A stretch of DNA of 64,000 bases, from NCBI RefSeq assembly GCF_963853765.1, contig NC_088854.1, positions 23,932,001 through 23,996,000 on the forward strand, written 5' to 3'. How positions within the stretch are numbered: the stretch's first letter is position 1; every line of letters begins with the position of its first letter. Origin of the DNA: Magallana gigas. Taxonomy: Eukaryota. Below are positions 35,887 through 48,346 of the stretch, piece after piece. The notes beneath the pieces are model-generated. The model did no database searches. It saw only the letters and a program-made list of their open reading frames with translations, and was not told the DNA's origin. The position numbers and the translations under genes are program-made.

Positions 35887-38800
35887 ATGACATCCCGAAG
35901 TGTACTGACAGTGTCTGAGAGTGTTGAGCAGTCAGAAGGGGAGGGAACCATCATCAAAAGATGCCTGGGTGAAGATGTGGTAAATAACTGTTATTATAGA
36001 TTTACAAATCTGAAGTCAAAGCAGGGTTTCTTAAAGTTTTTACTGTAGTATATGTATTTTTAAAAAGAAAATTAATTAGCGTAATTTTTCCATAAGGTGC
36101 TCTTAAATGTAGGAAAGGTTCTTTTGTTTACAACCTAAAATGTAGGTTTATATTTTCAAAGTCACAACTAAATGAATACAAAGCGTCTTGTCTTCACTAA
36201 ACCTAGCATATTATAACACTTTCTTGTGTTTTTAGACTGATACAGTTGACCCATTTCTAATGTTGGATGAGTTTATAGTTAACCCACCAACAGGATTTCC
36301 AGATCACCCTCATAGAGGATTTGAGCTGGTGAGTATAATGCCCTCTCATCTCAAATACTACTTCATAAGTGATTTAAATGAATTATAAACTAATGGCAAC
36401 TAGAGCTCGAAATGATTAATGCCCAAGTGGTCTTGGACCAGTTATCTGAATATTAAAATTATTTTCTTGAGCAAGAGAAAATTCTCATGGACCAGTAAAA
36501 AAAAGATTATTTTTAGCCCAGTTTTAGAGCACTTGTTGTACAGATATATATATAGATACAGATTTTTTTTATTATTTTTATTAAAGGTGTCATATATCTT
36601 ACAAGGCACTGGTCAGCATGAGGATTTTATGGGACACAAAGGAAAACTGAAGACTGGAGATGTTCAGGTGATTTATACTTATACGTGTACTAGCGATAAA
36701 CATTTACTACAAATCAATGGTATCCATAGGGAAAAAATTTCATAGAGCAACATCTGTTTTCAAATTCGGTCACTATTTAGGTATGTTTTGAAAATAGGTA
36801 GTATTTTGCAAGAGAGCTGTGATTATTCTCAGTGGAAATGTCACCTGATGATAGATTAATATACAGTAGGGTACGTTCTGTTTTACCTCCTGAAGTTTTT
36901 TTCAACATAGTGGTTGACTGCTGGACGAGGCATCATACACTGCGAGTGGTCACATGGTGAGGAGAAAGCCCATGGCCTGCAACTGTGGATTAATCTTGCC
37001 AAGAAAGAGAAAATGCAAGAACCGTCAATCCAAGAGATAGTTGCAGAAAACATCCCTGTTTCATCTAAAGAAGGAATAGAGGTCAAGGTCATCGCTGGAG
37101 AGGCATTTGGTGTCAAGGTTCCCTTCTTTTTTTTATGAAATTCAGGATAGAAGCTAATACTGTTATAAATAACTGCCCTTATGACAGATGTAACATTATT
37201 TTGAGTCCTGTTATTTAATTCCTTTCAAATTGGCAGTCAAATGGCACTTTATTTTATTATTATAATGCCATAATATTAAATGGTAAGCTGATTTGATATG
37301 ACTAATTCCGATTACCGTTAAGTTGTATCAAAAGTCCAATTTTGGCTTAACCAGGCATCCATTATAAGTACATGTATTCATAGTAAACTAATATAAATAA
37401 AAAACATAATGAGGAAGTGCGAAGTTTTCAAAATCAGATTATCTACCTTTGTTGCAGTCCAAGATTCGTACTAGAACTCCTACCCTGTACCTACATTTTA
37501 CAATGAACGAGGGAACCACATTGAATCACCCCATCCCCCAGGGCTGGAACAGTTTTGTCCATGTGCTGTCTGGAAAGGCATTATTTGGTAGGCAAAAGAT
37601 TTTTTAACCTGCAATATCATATATCATAAGTACCCACATGTAACAGAATTTGAAAATGCACTGGTGAACATTTTGCCATAAAATTAGTTTAATGCACAGT
37701 GGTCCTTTCTTTTTAATTTTTTCCATAGGTATCTATATTCTATTTTTTAAGAATCATGTATGAAACAAAGAATTATTCTCCAACTAAATCACTAGTAATG
37801 GATTTTTTTTAACATTTTAGCTATTTAAGAATCAAATTTGAATGAAAAACATTATTTTTTGCTCATACATATTTCAGGCCCTGAAAACAAAGAGAAACTA
37901 GTAAAATCAACTCAAACCGCTATTTTAAGCTCAGAGGGAGAATGTGTGAAAGTACAGAACCAGGTATATACATATATTCATTCGATTATTTATCTGCATC
38001 TGAAATTCTGAATCTTGAAATTTTCTGTATTATACATGTATATATAGCAAGTATATGTTATGTCTTTATTTGCAGTGGTCTGATCCCTGTAGCTTCATTC
38101 TCTTGGCTGGGCAGCCATTAAATGAGCCCGTGGCACAACAAGGTAAATGAGTGATACTGTAGAATTCTTTATTATTTAGTGATATCAAAGTATGAAAACA
38201 TAATATATATTGCTATATAAATGTTATTTTAGAAAGAAGTTTCAACATTAACATTCATTTGAATTTCAAACATATTCCTGCATTATTCATTTTAATCATT
38301 GCAATTTTTTCTGTGTCACAAGCATACAATATACTCTGACTAATACAGTCAAACTTCGTTATCTCGAACTAGATGGGACTGTATAAAAACTTCAAGATAT
38401 CCGAGTATTTGAGATATTGAGAGTAAAATACTTAAAAAATAAGTTGTTGGGACTTACAAATCACTTCGACATATCTATTGTATTCGAGATATCAGTGTTT
38501 GAAATATCGAAGTTCAACTGTATTTCAAAGGATGGATAATTTGTTAGTTTGCATGTGCAATGTGTAGATTCTGACTATTTTGCAATTTGTTTTAAAAAAA
38601 AATAGGCCAAGTGATCAACAAATTACCCATCAGATGTACCTTAAAATATAAAATATGATATTTTTAGCCATAAACATTTTTTTGGAAGTAAAAAATTGAT
38701 ATTTATTTTATGTGAAGAAAAAGTCCAAATATTTTAGTTTTAATATTTGAAAATTTTTCTATTTCTTCATACAGGACTTTTTTTATTTTAAGGAGATTAA

Positions 38801-39589
38801 AGTAGTCTAAAAATGGCCAAGACCATTTAGCCAAAGGACTATATATGATATGGGCCTAAAATGGCCCCCTAAAATGAATGTCATCATTTTACTGTAATTC
38901 TTTGATTTTTTAGTTTAGATATATACGGTATGTAATGTGTTAACATAATATTCATTTTGATTCAAATTAATGCCCACGATATAGAAATATGACATCGTAA
39001 AGACAACCTTTTCCCGCCATTTTTTGCATTTTTAGCATAAAACAGCTTGTTTTCAAGCAGTTTTTCTTTCAGAAAACATAGAGCGCATACTTGAACAAAC
39101 AAAATATTTTAATCCGAGATGTATCTAGCCAAAACTAATAAGTGACAAAAAAATATATCTTGTTCAAGCATGTGCTCTATGTTTCCCATTCGTAAAAAGA
39201 TAAGAAAAATGTCAATTTTAGACTGATTTTGATTGAATTCTAAAAATAGCGTCACTTCTGACGTCGTATACTGCCAGTAAGTGCAAAGAAATCAAATAAA
39301 TATATGAAAAATATATTTTATATCAACTCTTCTAAAAAATAAGTTAACTTTTTATTGTACCCGAAACACTTAAAAAATGGCGAATTATGGGGGCCAAATT
39401 TAACTCATATCATATATTGTTCTTTAATGAATTTTTTTTTCAATTTTATTTTTTTGGTTTTTTTAAGGTCCATTTGTGATGAATACTGAAGAGGAGCTCT
39501 TCCAGGCGATGGATGACTACAAGTCATGCGCCAATGGATTTGAGCGGGGGCGATCCTGGCAATCTTCCTTCCTACAAAGCAGTAGCTGA
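35887..39589 (+). CDS. PIR: Pirin paralogue 1 (bicupin, iron-binding), 8 exons, 292 aa
   Basis: Exons 35887-35979, 36236-36328, 36587-36667, 36911-37117, 37458-37587, 37878-37963, 38076-38142, 39468-39589; all GT-AG and in phase. Motifs [44 protein letters not shown]. Confidence 0.93.
38346..38520. mobile_element. Tc1/pogo(Tigger)-like MITE, TA TSD, in pirin-1 intron 7
   Basis: TA-CAGTCAAACTTCGTTATCTCGAAC..GAAATATCGAAGTTCAACTG-TA; second copy at 51207-51384. Confidence 0.85.
38835..39423. mobile_element. Second Kolobok-like MITE family, in pirin-1 intron 7
   Basis: AGGACTATATATGATATGGG..TGGCCCCC vs reverse complement of the right end AGAACAATATATGATATGAG..TGGCCCCC; TTAA on the right (39424-39427), degenerate CCAA on the left. 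Confidence 0.65.
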
Positions 39590-40530
39590 TTCCCGACTAG
39601 TCCCAATATTACATTTTAATTTTTTTTAAATATCCAGTTTGATTATTCCTTTTTTAATGAAACATTCCAATATAATCAATAAGAACTGATTAAAAGTCTG
39701 TAGATGTTTTAGTGAAAAATATTAGGTAGTCCAAGTGTGTTTGAAAAAAAAATTAAAGTGGAATAGGTCCCATTACAAGAGAAAGTATTTTTAGATTCAA
39801 AAAGTTAATAACACATGCATGTTCAGTTATAACAATAATTTAGAAAACTTTGCACGTCAGATTTAAGAAGAGCATGAATGAAATTTTGTGCCAATTAACT
39901 TTTTTCATCATTTATATATTATCCTTTTTTTCTTAGACCTGAATTATTTGAGATAATTTTATGCAGTTGTAATGAATACTCTGACTTGTAATCATTTAAA
40001 GCAAGCCAAATTTAAAAGCAAATGAACTGTGGTTTTTTTAATAATTATGGGTATCGATTTTCTTAGAGTAAGTGAAAATTACAGTTGCAAGGATAAGTGA
40101 ATTCGTGGTCAATGATCTTGTCAATACAATGTTATTTGAATTGCAACTTGATGAACATCTAATTTTATAGATCAACTGAACATCGAAATGCATGAAAAAT
40201 GGTGTTCAACAAATGTTGATGAAACCTCAGTCATTGATTTTATTAGTATAAAAAAAAATTCTTGTTAAAATTGTTTTGTTTATTAAGTTATTCAGTTAAT
40301 TTATTTTGGCTGAATCTTTGCTAACTGGTTCTCATAAGATATGATCTGTAAGAGAATGTATTCCTCTATCAATGATAAATGTTAATGCCCTATTAGAGAA
40401 GAAAACAGAAATCCAAATGTTAAATAATTCTATATTTTTTATACAATCCTTTACTATATTGTTAGGCTTGTTGGCTTATTATTTGCAATCATAATTCCTT
40501 ATTGGAACTAATTTATTTTGGAAGTACTAA

Positions 40531-40615
40531 CAGCTTCGCTAGCCAAGGTTTTGTGATCCGTACCGCTTCTTTATGAGAAGCGGTGCGGATCAGAAAACCT
40601 TGGCTAGCGAAGATG
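40531..40615. mobile_element. 85-bp fully palindromic mini-element with a 9-bp TSD (Mutator-like by TSD length)
   Basis: 40-bp arms with 3 mismatches; AAGTACTAA at 40522-40530 and 40616-40624. Confidence 0.8.
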
Positions 40616-42220
40616 AAGTACTAATAGAAATTTTTAAAAATTTAACAAGCCAGCTGTAGATCGATCAATACCTGTAGGTGTTCACATGTTGGTGAGGTGC
40701 TCTATCTAATGAATAACATTTAATTCAATGTCCCTTAAGAAATTTTTTTTGAATAATAATCATAATAGTCATGACTTTCATGTATTAGGATTCAAGTTAA
40801 TCAACTTACTCAACTTTATTTTGTTTTGTCCTTTAATTTTGCCTTTTAATTAAATGCTAGAATGATATAAAGAAATTTTGGATGTTTTTTTTTTTAAATA
40901 TAAAGCAAAACAAGTTGCATTAAGAAAACCAACAGTTACAAATATTCTACTGTTATTTACTGTTACTTTTGTTATGAATTTGATGTTTTAACATTCTCTG
41001 GAAAAATTAGTATACACACAGATACAGATGGTCCCAATATACAGCCATATACTTAAAATTTTTATTTTTGTATTTCAAATGTACATTTTGAAGAACTGCT
41101 GCTAAAAGACCATTCTCTCTTGGTTTTACGAGGATGAAAAGACCTTATTGAATTAGGACCAAGCGGATTAATTTACTATTTACTAATATTTAGTTTTTAT
41201 TTATTGCTGATTTATTTTTGTGTACATGTACTTCTTTTCGCTTGTGTTCCTATGTGGTGCTGCCACTTCGACAATACTGTTTCTTAGTTTTTCTTTACTA
41301 TATATTCCAAGCATAATCATGCTGTTCCAGGCCCTGCCTTATCAATCTGTTGCAAGGTCTGGGAATTATATATCAGATTAGAAGCTTTTTTTCTGATTTA
41401 TACAAGAAGCTTCTTTTTTTCTTAATTTATTTTGCACGCGTGTTCCAGCACATTTTGGTACAGTTTAAAATGGTCTTATGTTTATGCTTTTCATCTTTAC
41501 AATTTTTTGTCTTCTTTTATATATATATTTTTCTTGAAATCTGATTGCTACTGTATAATTAAGTTATATGCATATATCATATTATTGCAATCTTTATTGA
41601 TATTAATTCTTTTTTTGTTTTTATTTCTTTTTTCTTAGCTCACAATTTTTTTAGTAGAATGTCCCTAGTCAATGAAATTTCAAAAGTTTGATGTTTAGTG
41701 AACTTATAAGTTAAATTGTATATTTTCTCTAAATTGGTAAATGATATGCATGCCATTAAAAAACAGACAAAAAGCTATTATGGAATGTATCAGTAATGAT
41801 AAGCTTTTTACCCAACCTCTATGAAAGTCTTAATATATTTTGCATTATTTCATATTTGCAGAAAAAGTTAACAAGAATCTATATCACTTCAATTCTAAAA
41901 TTCTAAATGCAGATTTTTATAAGCGCTTACTATAACAATGAATTTTATTTTTATTTCTTATTGCTGTCCTAAGGTTATCTACTTTTTTTTAAAAGTTTAA
42001 GTTTAGATTTAAGTCTAAAAATAAGTGGGTGTAGATTTACATGTAGTTCATGCAGATGAGGAATGTTATGATTTTTACACACTATTGTTTTGTTGATTCA
42101 TGTATTTATTGGATCTTGCATAGCACTGCGATTTTGAGATATTAAGGATACTAATGATTATGAGGAATAAATTTGAAAACAAATACCGGTACTATGGAAA
42201 TTCATTTATTGTTGTGAAGA

Positions 42221-42304
42221 GTTATCACCTGTAATAACTATAGTTTATGGACTGTTAACTAAATAGTTAACAGTCCATAAACTATAGTTTTTACAGATGA
42301 TAAA
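42221..42304. repeat. Near-perfect palindrome, ~40-bp arms, 4-nt loop
   Basis: AACTATAGTTTATGGACTGTTAACT-aaat-AGTTAACAGTCCATAAACTATAGTT, with imperfect extension to TTATCACCTGTAA / TTACAGATGATAA. Confidence 0.85.
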
Positions 42305-43778
42305 CCAGGGACATATATGTATACATGTACATGTACGACCCTGCATGGAGAAACCTATATAGGTTATTAATAAATAAACCTAGTTGAAAAAATATATGCA
42401 TATATTTTTAATTTGGCGCGCTATACATAATAGATGTATGAATATGTCAAAAATTCAATGCATTTTAAAAATGACAAAAGTCATTTGGCAAATTACAAAT
42501 TATAATTTGAACACTTGTCTTTAATAATTGAAAATTTTTAATTGTCAATGAGTCCATGACTAAAAATATAATTTTAGTTAATTTGAAAACAAGTTTTCCT
42601 CACGACACATGCCTGCAAAACAGTACTCAAGATTCATAAAAAAAATTATGCTAAGTTCATAGATGCTGTCTTATTACCAACATATTTACCAAATATTTTG
42701 TAGGCAAAAAACATTAACAATGTATTAATTAACAAAGACCCAACATATGCGGAACAGATGTATATAACACATCAGTATAAAAGATACACACTATTCATAT
42801 TAATTAAAAAAGATTCTGACATTCAAGATGTAACGTTAGTGCATGAATTGTTTTCGTATGATGTACATTTTAAAATTGTTGATGAATGAGTTATTTATTT
42901 TGAACACTGTTGTTGATTTACCATTGAAACGATCGAAGCGTAGCCTTCAGAGTATTTGACTTTGTAAAAATAATTTCTTTGAAAACATGTACAAAAGTCA
43001 TGCATAAGAGTAGTTATTTTTAAAGAGTAAAAGTTATTGACGCACCCTTGGATCCGCCCTTTCATTTAGGCTAGGTGGGAGCTCTCTTGTGTTAGGAAAT
43101 AAAATGTGTCGAATGGTTTCGTTTTCAGTTGAAAATAATCTTTTGGTAGTGTCATTAGCGTTAAAAAAGTATTTTCAGTTCTTTCTATGACCCGATTATG
43201 ATATATACATCAGAAGTAGACGGATATAAATAGATACGGCCTATACGGTGAGTGTTATTTACAGTAAAGTGCTGTGTCACTGTGCAATGTTCCAAATTTT
43301 AACATGTTAGCTGTTGATTTGGCTTATATCTAGAACATACAGAAGCTATTTACACGGAATGCATGTACTTTACAATTCAAAAGTTGTCGGTAAGTATGAA
43401 TCTATAGACACTACAGTAGAGTAAGTGAGTAGCTTAAAAACCCTGGACCGAAGGCGCTTTGCCTTAACAAAGAGAAAGTAGAAATTCTTTAACGTTACTG
43501 AATGAGATGTAAATAAAAAGTACTGATGCCTTACTTTACAAATAAAACTCATAGCATTCATTTCAAAAACACATATATCTATGTATCTTCTTAAATTTCT
43601 TAATTTTAGTATGGTGTCTAGATACAGCCCACCTTTGATAACATTTGCCCTCTCTGCCATACTTGGAAGTTGTAAAACAACTACTGGTGGTCTTAGAAGA
43701 CACAGCTGCCTGCTCATAAATCCACTTCTTCATCATACTAACCAGACGTGTTGGATTGGAACACAATTTCTATCCACC

Positions 43779-46700
43779 ATGAAGGCTAAGACCGTTTTGA
43801 AGGCTGTTCTCTCCGTGGAGCAGGATGAGGGTGTTGGAGCTCGAGTCAGGCGGAGTGTAGGAAGGCCAGAGGTAGGACATATTTTACGAGATATTGGAAA
43901 CTACTTAAGAGATGAGTGGAAAACATAACTTTTTAGGGATTTAAATGCTGACCCCCTGAATCTTCAAGTCCTCTACCTATTTCTGAATTGTAGTCTTACT
44001 CTGTCTATTCTGACATATTTGTTAACATAGTATGAAGTTGCATTAATGTGCAGCTTATTTTCTGGTATTTTTAACATGTCGTTCGAAGTATGTCATTATT
44101 ATTTTTAGCTCAAAAACTTTGATCCATTCCTGATGCTAGATGAGTTTAAGGGTAAAGCTCCAGGAGGTTTTCCGGATCACCCACACAGAGGCTTTGAAAC
44201 GGTTGGTTTAATCAGCCTAAGTGATTCTAAATAAAACTGTAGTAAAGTAAATGTACTTGGGTATTGTTTACATTTCAAATACAACGAAATTGACCAATCG
44301 TTTTCTTTTCTTCAGAATTTATAATTAAGGAATTTTAAATTTTAACGCAGCATTTTAACACAGCTAATTTCTATCTCAATTTGAGATGTATATAGATTAT
44401 TACATGGCAATTTTTATATCGCATCCTACATATGTATATTAGCCCAAGGTTGCTGTATATCAGCCCTATAGAGCCGTTAATTGTGTAAATTAGGAATCTA
44501 CAGTATGTGAGGAAATCTTATCTCTGAATAATTTTTATTATCAGGTACTTAATACATTTATCAAAAAAGAAAGATAATTTAAAAATTTCCAGTGTACTTT
44601 AATTAAAGCATGAAAGGTTTCTTTTACATGTATATAGGTCACATATATCATAAAGGGAAGTATTCGTCATGAGGATTTCTGTGGACACAAAGGCATAATT
44701 GGAGCTGGAGACCTACAAGTGAGTACATGTACTGGATACTAGGCTTATGTTGTATGCAACTTCAAGTAATTAAAAGCTTTACAGATGAACTAGTAAATAC
44801 TGGATTGGTTTTATAACTGGTGTTAATTGATTAAGAATGATTTTTTAAAAAAAAAAAAAAAAGGCAAGTTTTTTATACAGTGGCTTAATACTCCTGTCTA
44901 ACATTTGACAGTGGATGACCGCTGGCCGAGGAATAGTCCACTGTGAGATGCCACACGGGGAGGGGGAGGTTCATGGCCTTCAGTTGTGGGTCAACCTAGC
45001 TAAGAAATACAAGATGATTGAGCCAGCGTACCAAGAACTTCTAGACAAGGACATCCCAAGGGCAACTAAAGATGGAGTCACAGTCAAGGTCATTGCTGGG
45101 GAAGCATTTGGTATAAAGGTAATAGTTTGTATGTAATGTGGAAAGCTATCTGCAAATATTATAAGTACATACAGTGTTGGTGTTTTATGTTCTTTATTAA
45201 GGTTTGTGTGTCTTTTTAGTCCAAGGTGTACACTCGCACTCCTACAATGTATCTGGATTTTAAGTTGACACCTGGATCTCAACTGGAGCAGCCCATTCCA
45301 GTTGGCTGGAGGTCTTTTCTGTACATTCTCTCTGGAAAGGCGAAGTTTGGTAAGGGTGTGCATATGCAAACTTAAAAATGTCAACAATTGCATTATAGTC
45401 ACATTGCTCATGTGTAACAAATAGTTATCTAAAATATATGCATCTAAATGAATTAGATTGCCATTTAATGTAGTTTGATTATTATTATTTGGTGAATAAT
45501 TGTTTATTTCAAAGTTGAATTGAGCTAGAAATAAAATATTAAAAAGGAATAAACAATGTGATATGAATTTTACTACATAGTATTTGCCAAATTACTGTCC
45601 AAATTAATATTTACATATCTTTTGCAACTGAAATTATATTATCCACAGAACCCAGAGTACTTGTATCTGAATTTTCAACACAATTAAGACATTTTCTTAA
45701 ATTTCAATGACTGTTTCCAGTTATTCTAATTGAGTTACATGTAAATGATGTAATGATTGGATTGATTTCATCTGTTAATGTGGTATTGAAAAGTGTTGGA
45801 CTTGAATTTTTGTCTGTTATTGGTGTTTTTCTGGTTTCAGGACCAACAGGAAACCAGAAGGAGATAGAGGCCCACCACACAGTGACCTTCAACGACGATG
45901 GCGACTCCATAAGTGTGGACAATTCAGTAAGTGGCTATTCCCAAGACAATTCAATGTTGTTTCCTTTAAGTTATTCACAAAACTCTCACTGTATTCATTT
46001 ATTCAAAGATTGCATAAATTATGTTCATGAAAAATGATGTTCAGAACAATTTACTTTATCATAAATTATCACAAAGATGAACTTGTTTTAAAAAAATGAA
46101 ATTGAAATAAAACAGACACATCTTATTGTTCTCTCTTGGATTGAAATGTCAAACTTACATTGGTTTAAACATGAAATGAGACTGCCAGACTTATATTTCT
46201 CTGTCCGAGTGGTGGGATGGTATTCGGAAATATGGCCGATGCTTTGCCTATCTATCTCAACATTTTATCTTTATTTATTACATAGACTATATTCTGTATA
46301 ATTTTTTTTTTTTTGGAATAGTTGCCTTTTGAAATTACTTTTGAATTAGAGTATTGCCCTTTGAAATGACGTCACTTTGTTGTGTCTGGAGTAAAATAAA
46401 ATGGCAGTGTCTAGATTTTTTCAAACCTCCATGGAGGAAAGGGAGAAAACAATTTAATTTAAATAGCAATAAAACATTGAAAGTTAAAAAGGGTGCAGCA
46501 AAAATTTTCAAAGAGTATCTGAAAAGTGAGAATGTTTATTTTGAAGAGTTCTGCTATGTAAATTGGACAAGATGTAAGGCCGCTTTTACATGGATTTGGG
46601 TAGAACATCATTTTTTTTTAATATAGTTTGTCTTACTTGATAGTCCTCTGGAAAACAAAACACTTATTAGGTTGTTACCAACAGCCTACAGATATCAGAT

Positions 46701-48151
46701 TGATCAATCTCATAGATGGCGAGGCTAAAAAGAGCTGTAAGAACCTGAGATGATCAACCTAATATATATGTCTCTAATCAGTCAGTAACAAACCTAATAA
46801 GTAATAGAATTCATTCTTATTTTTTATTCTATTTAGATAACTGTGAATTTTGTGAAAAGTTTGCAGAATAAATGCAAATGTAAATTGATTTTATGCATCA
46901 TAAAATTTGATTTGTCTTTCAGTTGAAAGGTTTACATTTATCTCGTATTAAATTGTTTACTAGTACATGTATTTGGTCTTTCAGGGGTCAACAGAGTGTC
47001 ATCTGGTGATGATTGCTGGAGAACCAATCAAAGAGCCTATCGTCCAATATGGTTAGTCATGTGATTGTTTGTAAATCAATTAATCTAAAGTACACGCCCC
47101 TTTGTGAATGTTCGGGTTAATATGCCATAGAGCTGTGTCACATAAAAACTTGCGCTAGTGTTGGACTTATCAACCTAATTTCTCAACACATTCTGTTGAT
47201 TACTAGATACCCCATTTTACTAGCCACAGACTTTCCTATAAATATGCTCACCAACCTCAAAAAGGGAAAGAAGATAGATTCATGTACTTGTGCAAATAGA
47301 GAGTTCTCATTTTATTTTTTGAAAAGAATTTTAAGATTATTTGAACTACATATAAATTCAGCAGCATTATACATGTGATGAATTTTGCATACATGTCTGA
47401 TGATTTTTTTTTAAATATATTCATGAATAGAATGTGTTTGGAAATCAAATTTATAATTGGTCCAAAAATAGCACAAGTTTTTGTATGCTATAAGTTGTAA
47501 GTTTTTTGTATCTAAGGAATTGATGAATTTCATATCAACCTGAATTCTCCAATAGAAGCATAGATCTGCAAAGAGTAACTACTCTGTACAAGTATTAATA
47601 ATTTCTAATGAAAATTTTTCTTATATAAAATTAAGCAGAAAAAAATATTCAAGGTTGTCTGACTTACAGTCCACTAAATAAAACAATATGTTATCATCAT
47701 AATAAATCATTGTTATCATCTACTGTCTTCTAGATATATTCTTTTTTTAATCTATCTAAAGATGTTGACTGTTCATTGGTACATATTAGAAAAAAACTAT
47801 TAGAAATAAATGAAATTTTACTGTGCATCCAGGTCTTTTATAAATTTGGCCCTGCTGAAGGTTGAAGGGGGGGGGGGACACACTTCTTAAAATTTTATAA
47901 TGGAGATCATTTCAGACTCCTACACATTTTCTGCTATAAAAAATACAAATCTTGCTGATGGAAGCTAAGACATGCAACCTTAACTTGTATCTGAAGAAAA
48001 CGTTATCTTGGATAATTTTACGTTGTCAGGACCTTTTGTAATGAACACTCAAGAGGATATACAGAAGACTTTTCGCGACTATCAGTTGGGAAAAAATGGT
48101 TTTGAGAATGCTCCTAAATGGCAGTCGGATTATGTGAAGAATCGTGAATAA
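43779..48151 (+). CDS. PIR: Pirin paralogue 2 (canonical-type), isoform ending in exon 8a
   Basis: CCACCATG start; exons 43779-43871, 44109-44201, 44638-44718, 44912-45118, 45220-45349, 45841-45926, 46985-47051, 48030-48151. Exon lengths are identical to paralogue 1. Motifs [40 protein letters not shown]. Confidence 0.93.
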
Positions 48152-48206
48152 GTGCCAGCCTCTGTCACTCCAGTAACCATGGTAACCTCATTTATCATTT
48201 GTGTAG

Positions 48207-48346
48207 GACCTTTTGTCATGACTTCTGAAGAGGAAATCCTGGAGGCAAGAAAAGACTACCAGTTTGCCAGAAATGGGTTTGAGAAGGCCCACACATGGAA
48301 TTCCTTCATTGTAACAGAAGATGAATCTGAACAAACATTTTCTTGA
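48207..48346 (+). CDS. PIR: Alternative terminal exon 8b of pirin paralogue 2
   Basis: Own acceptor TTTGTGTAG (48205-48206), same phase as 8a, open frame (G)PFVMTSEEEILEARKDYQFARNGFEKAHTWNSFIVTEDESEQTFS*. Confidence 0.8.

Noticed and set aside
43370-43766. Minus-strand ORFs upstream of pirin 2
   Set aside because: No recognisable motifs, low-complexity AT-rich composition, and overlap with the probable pirin-2 5' region.
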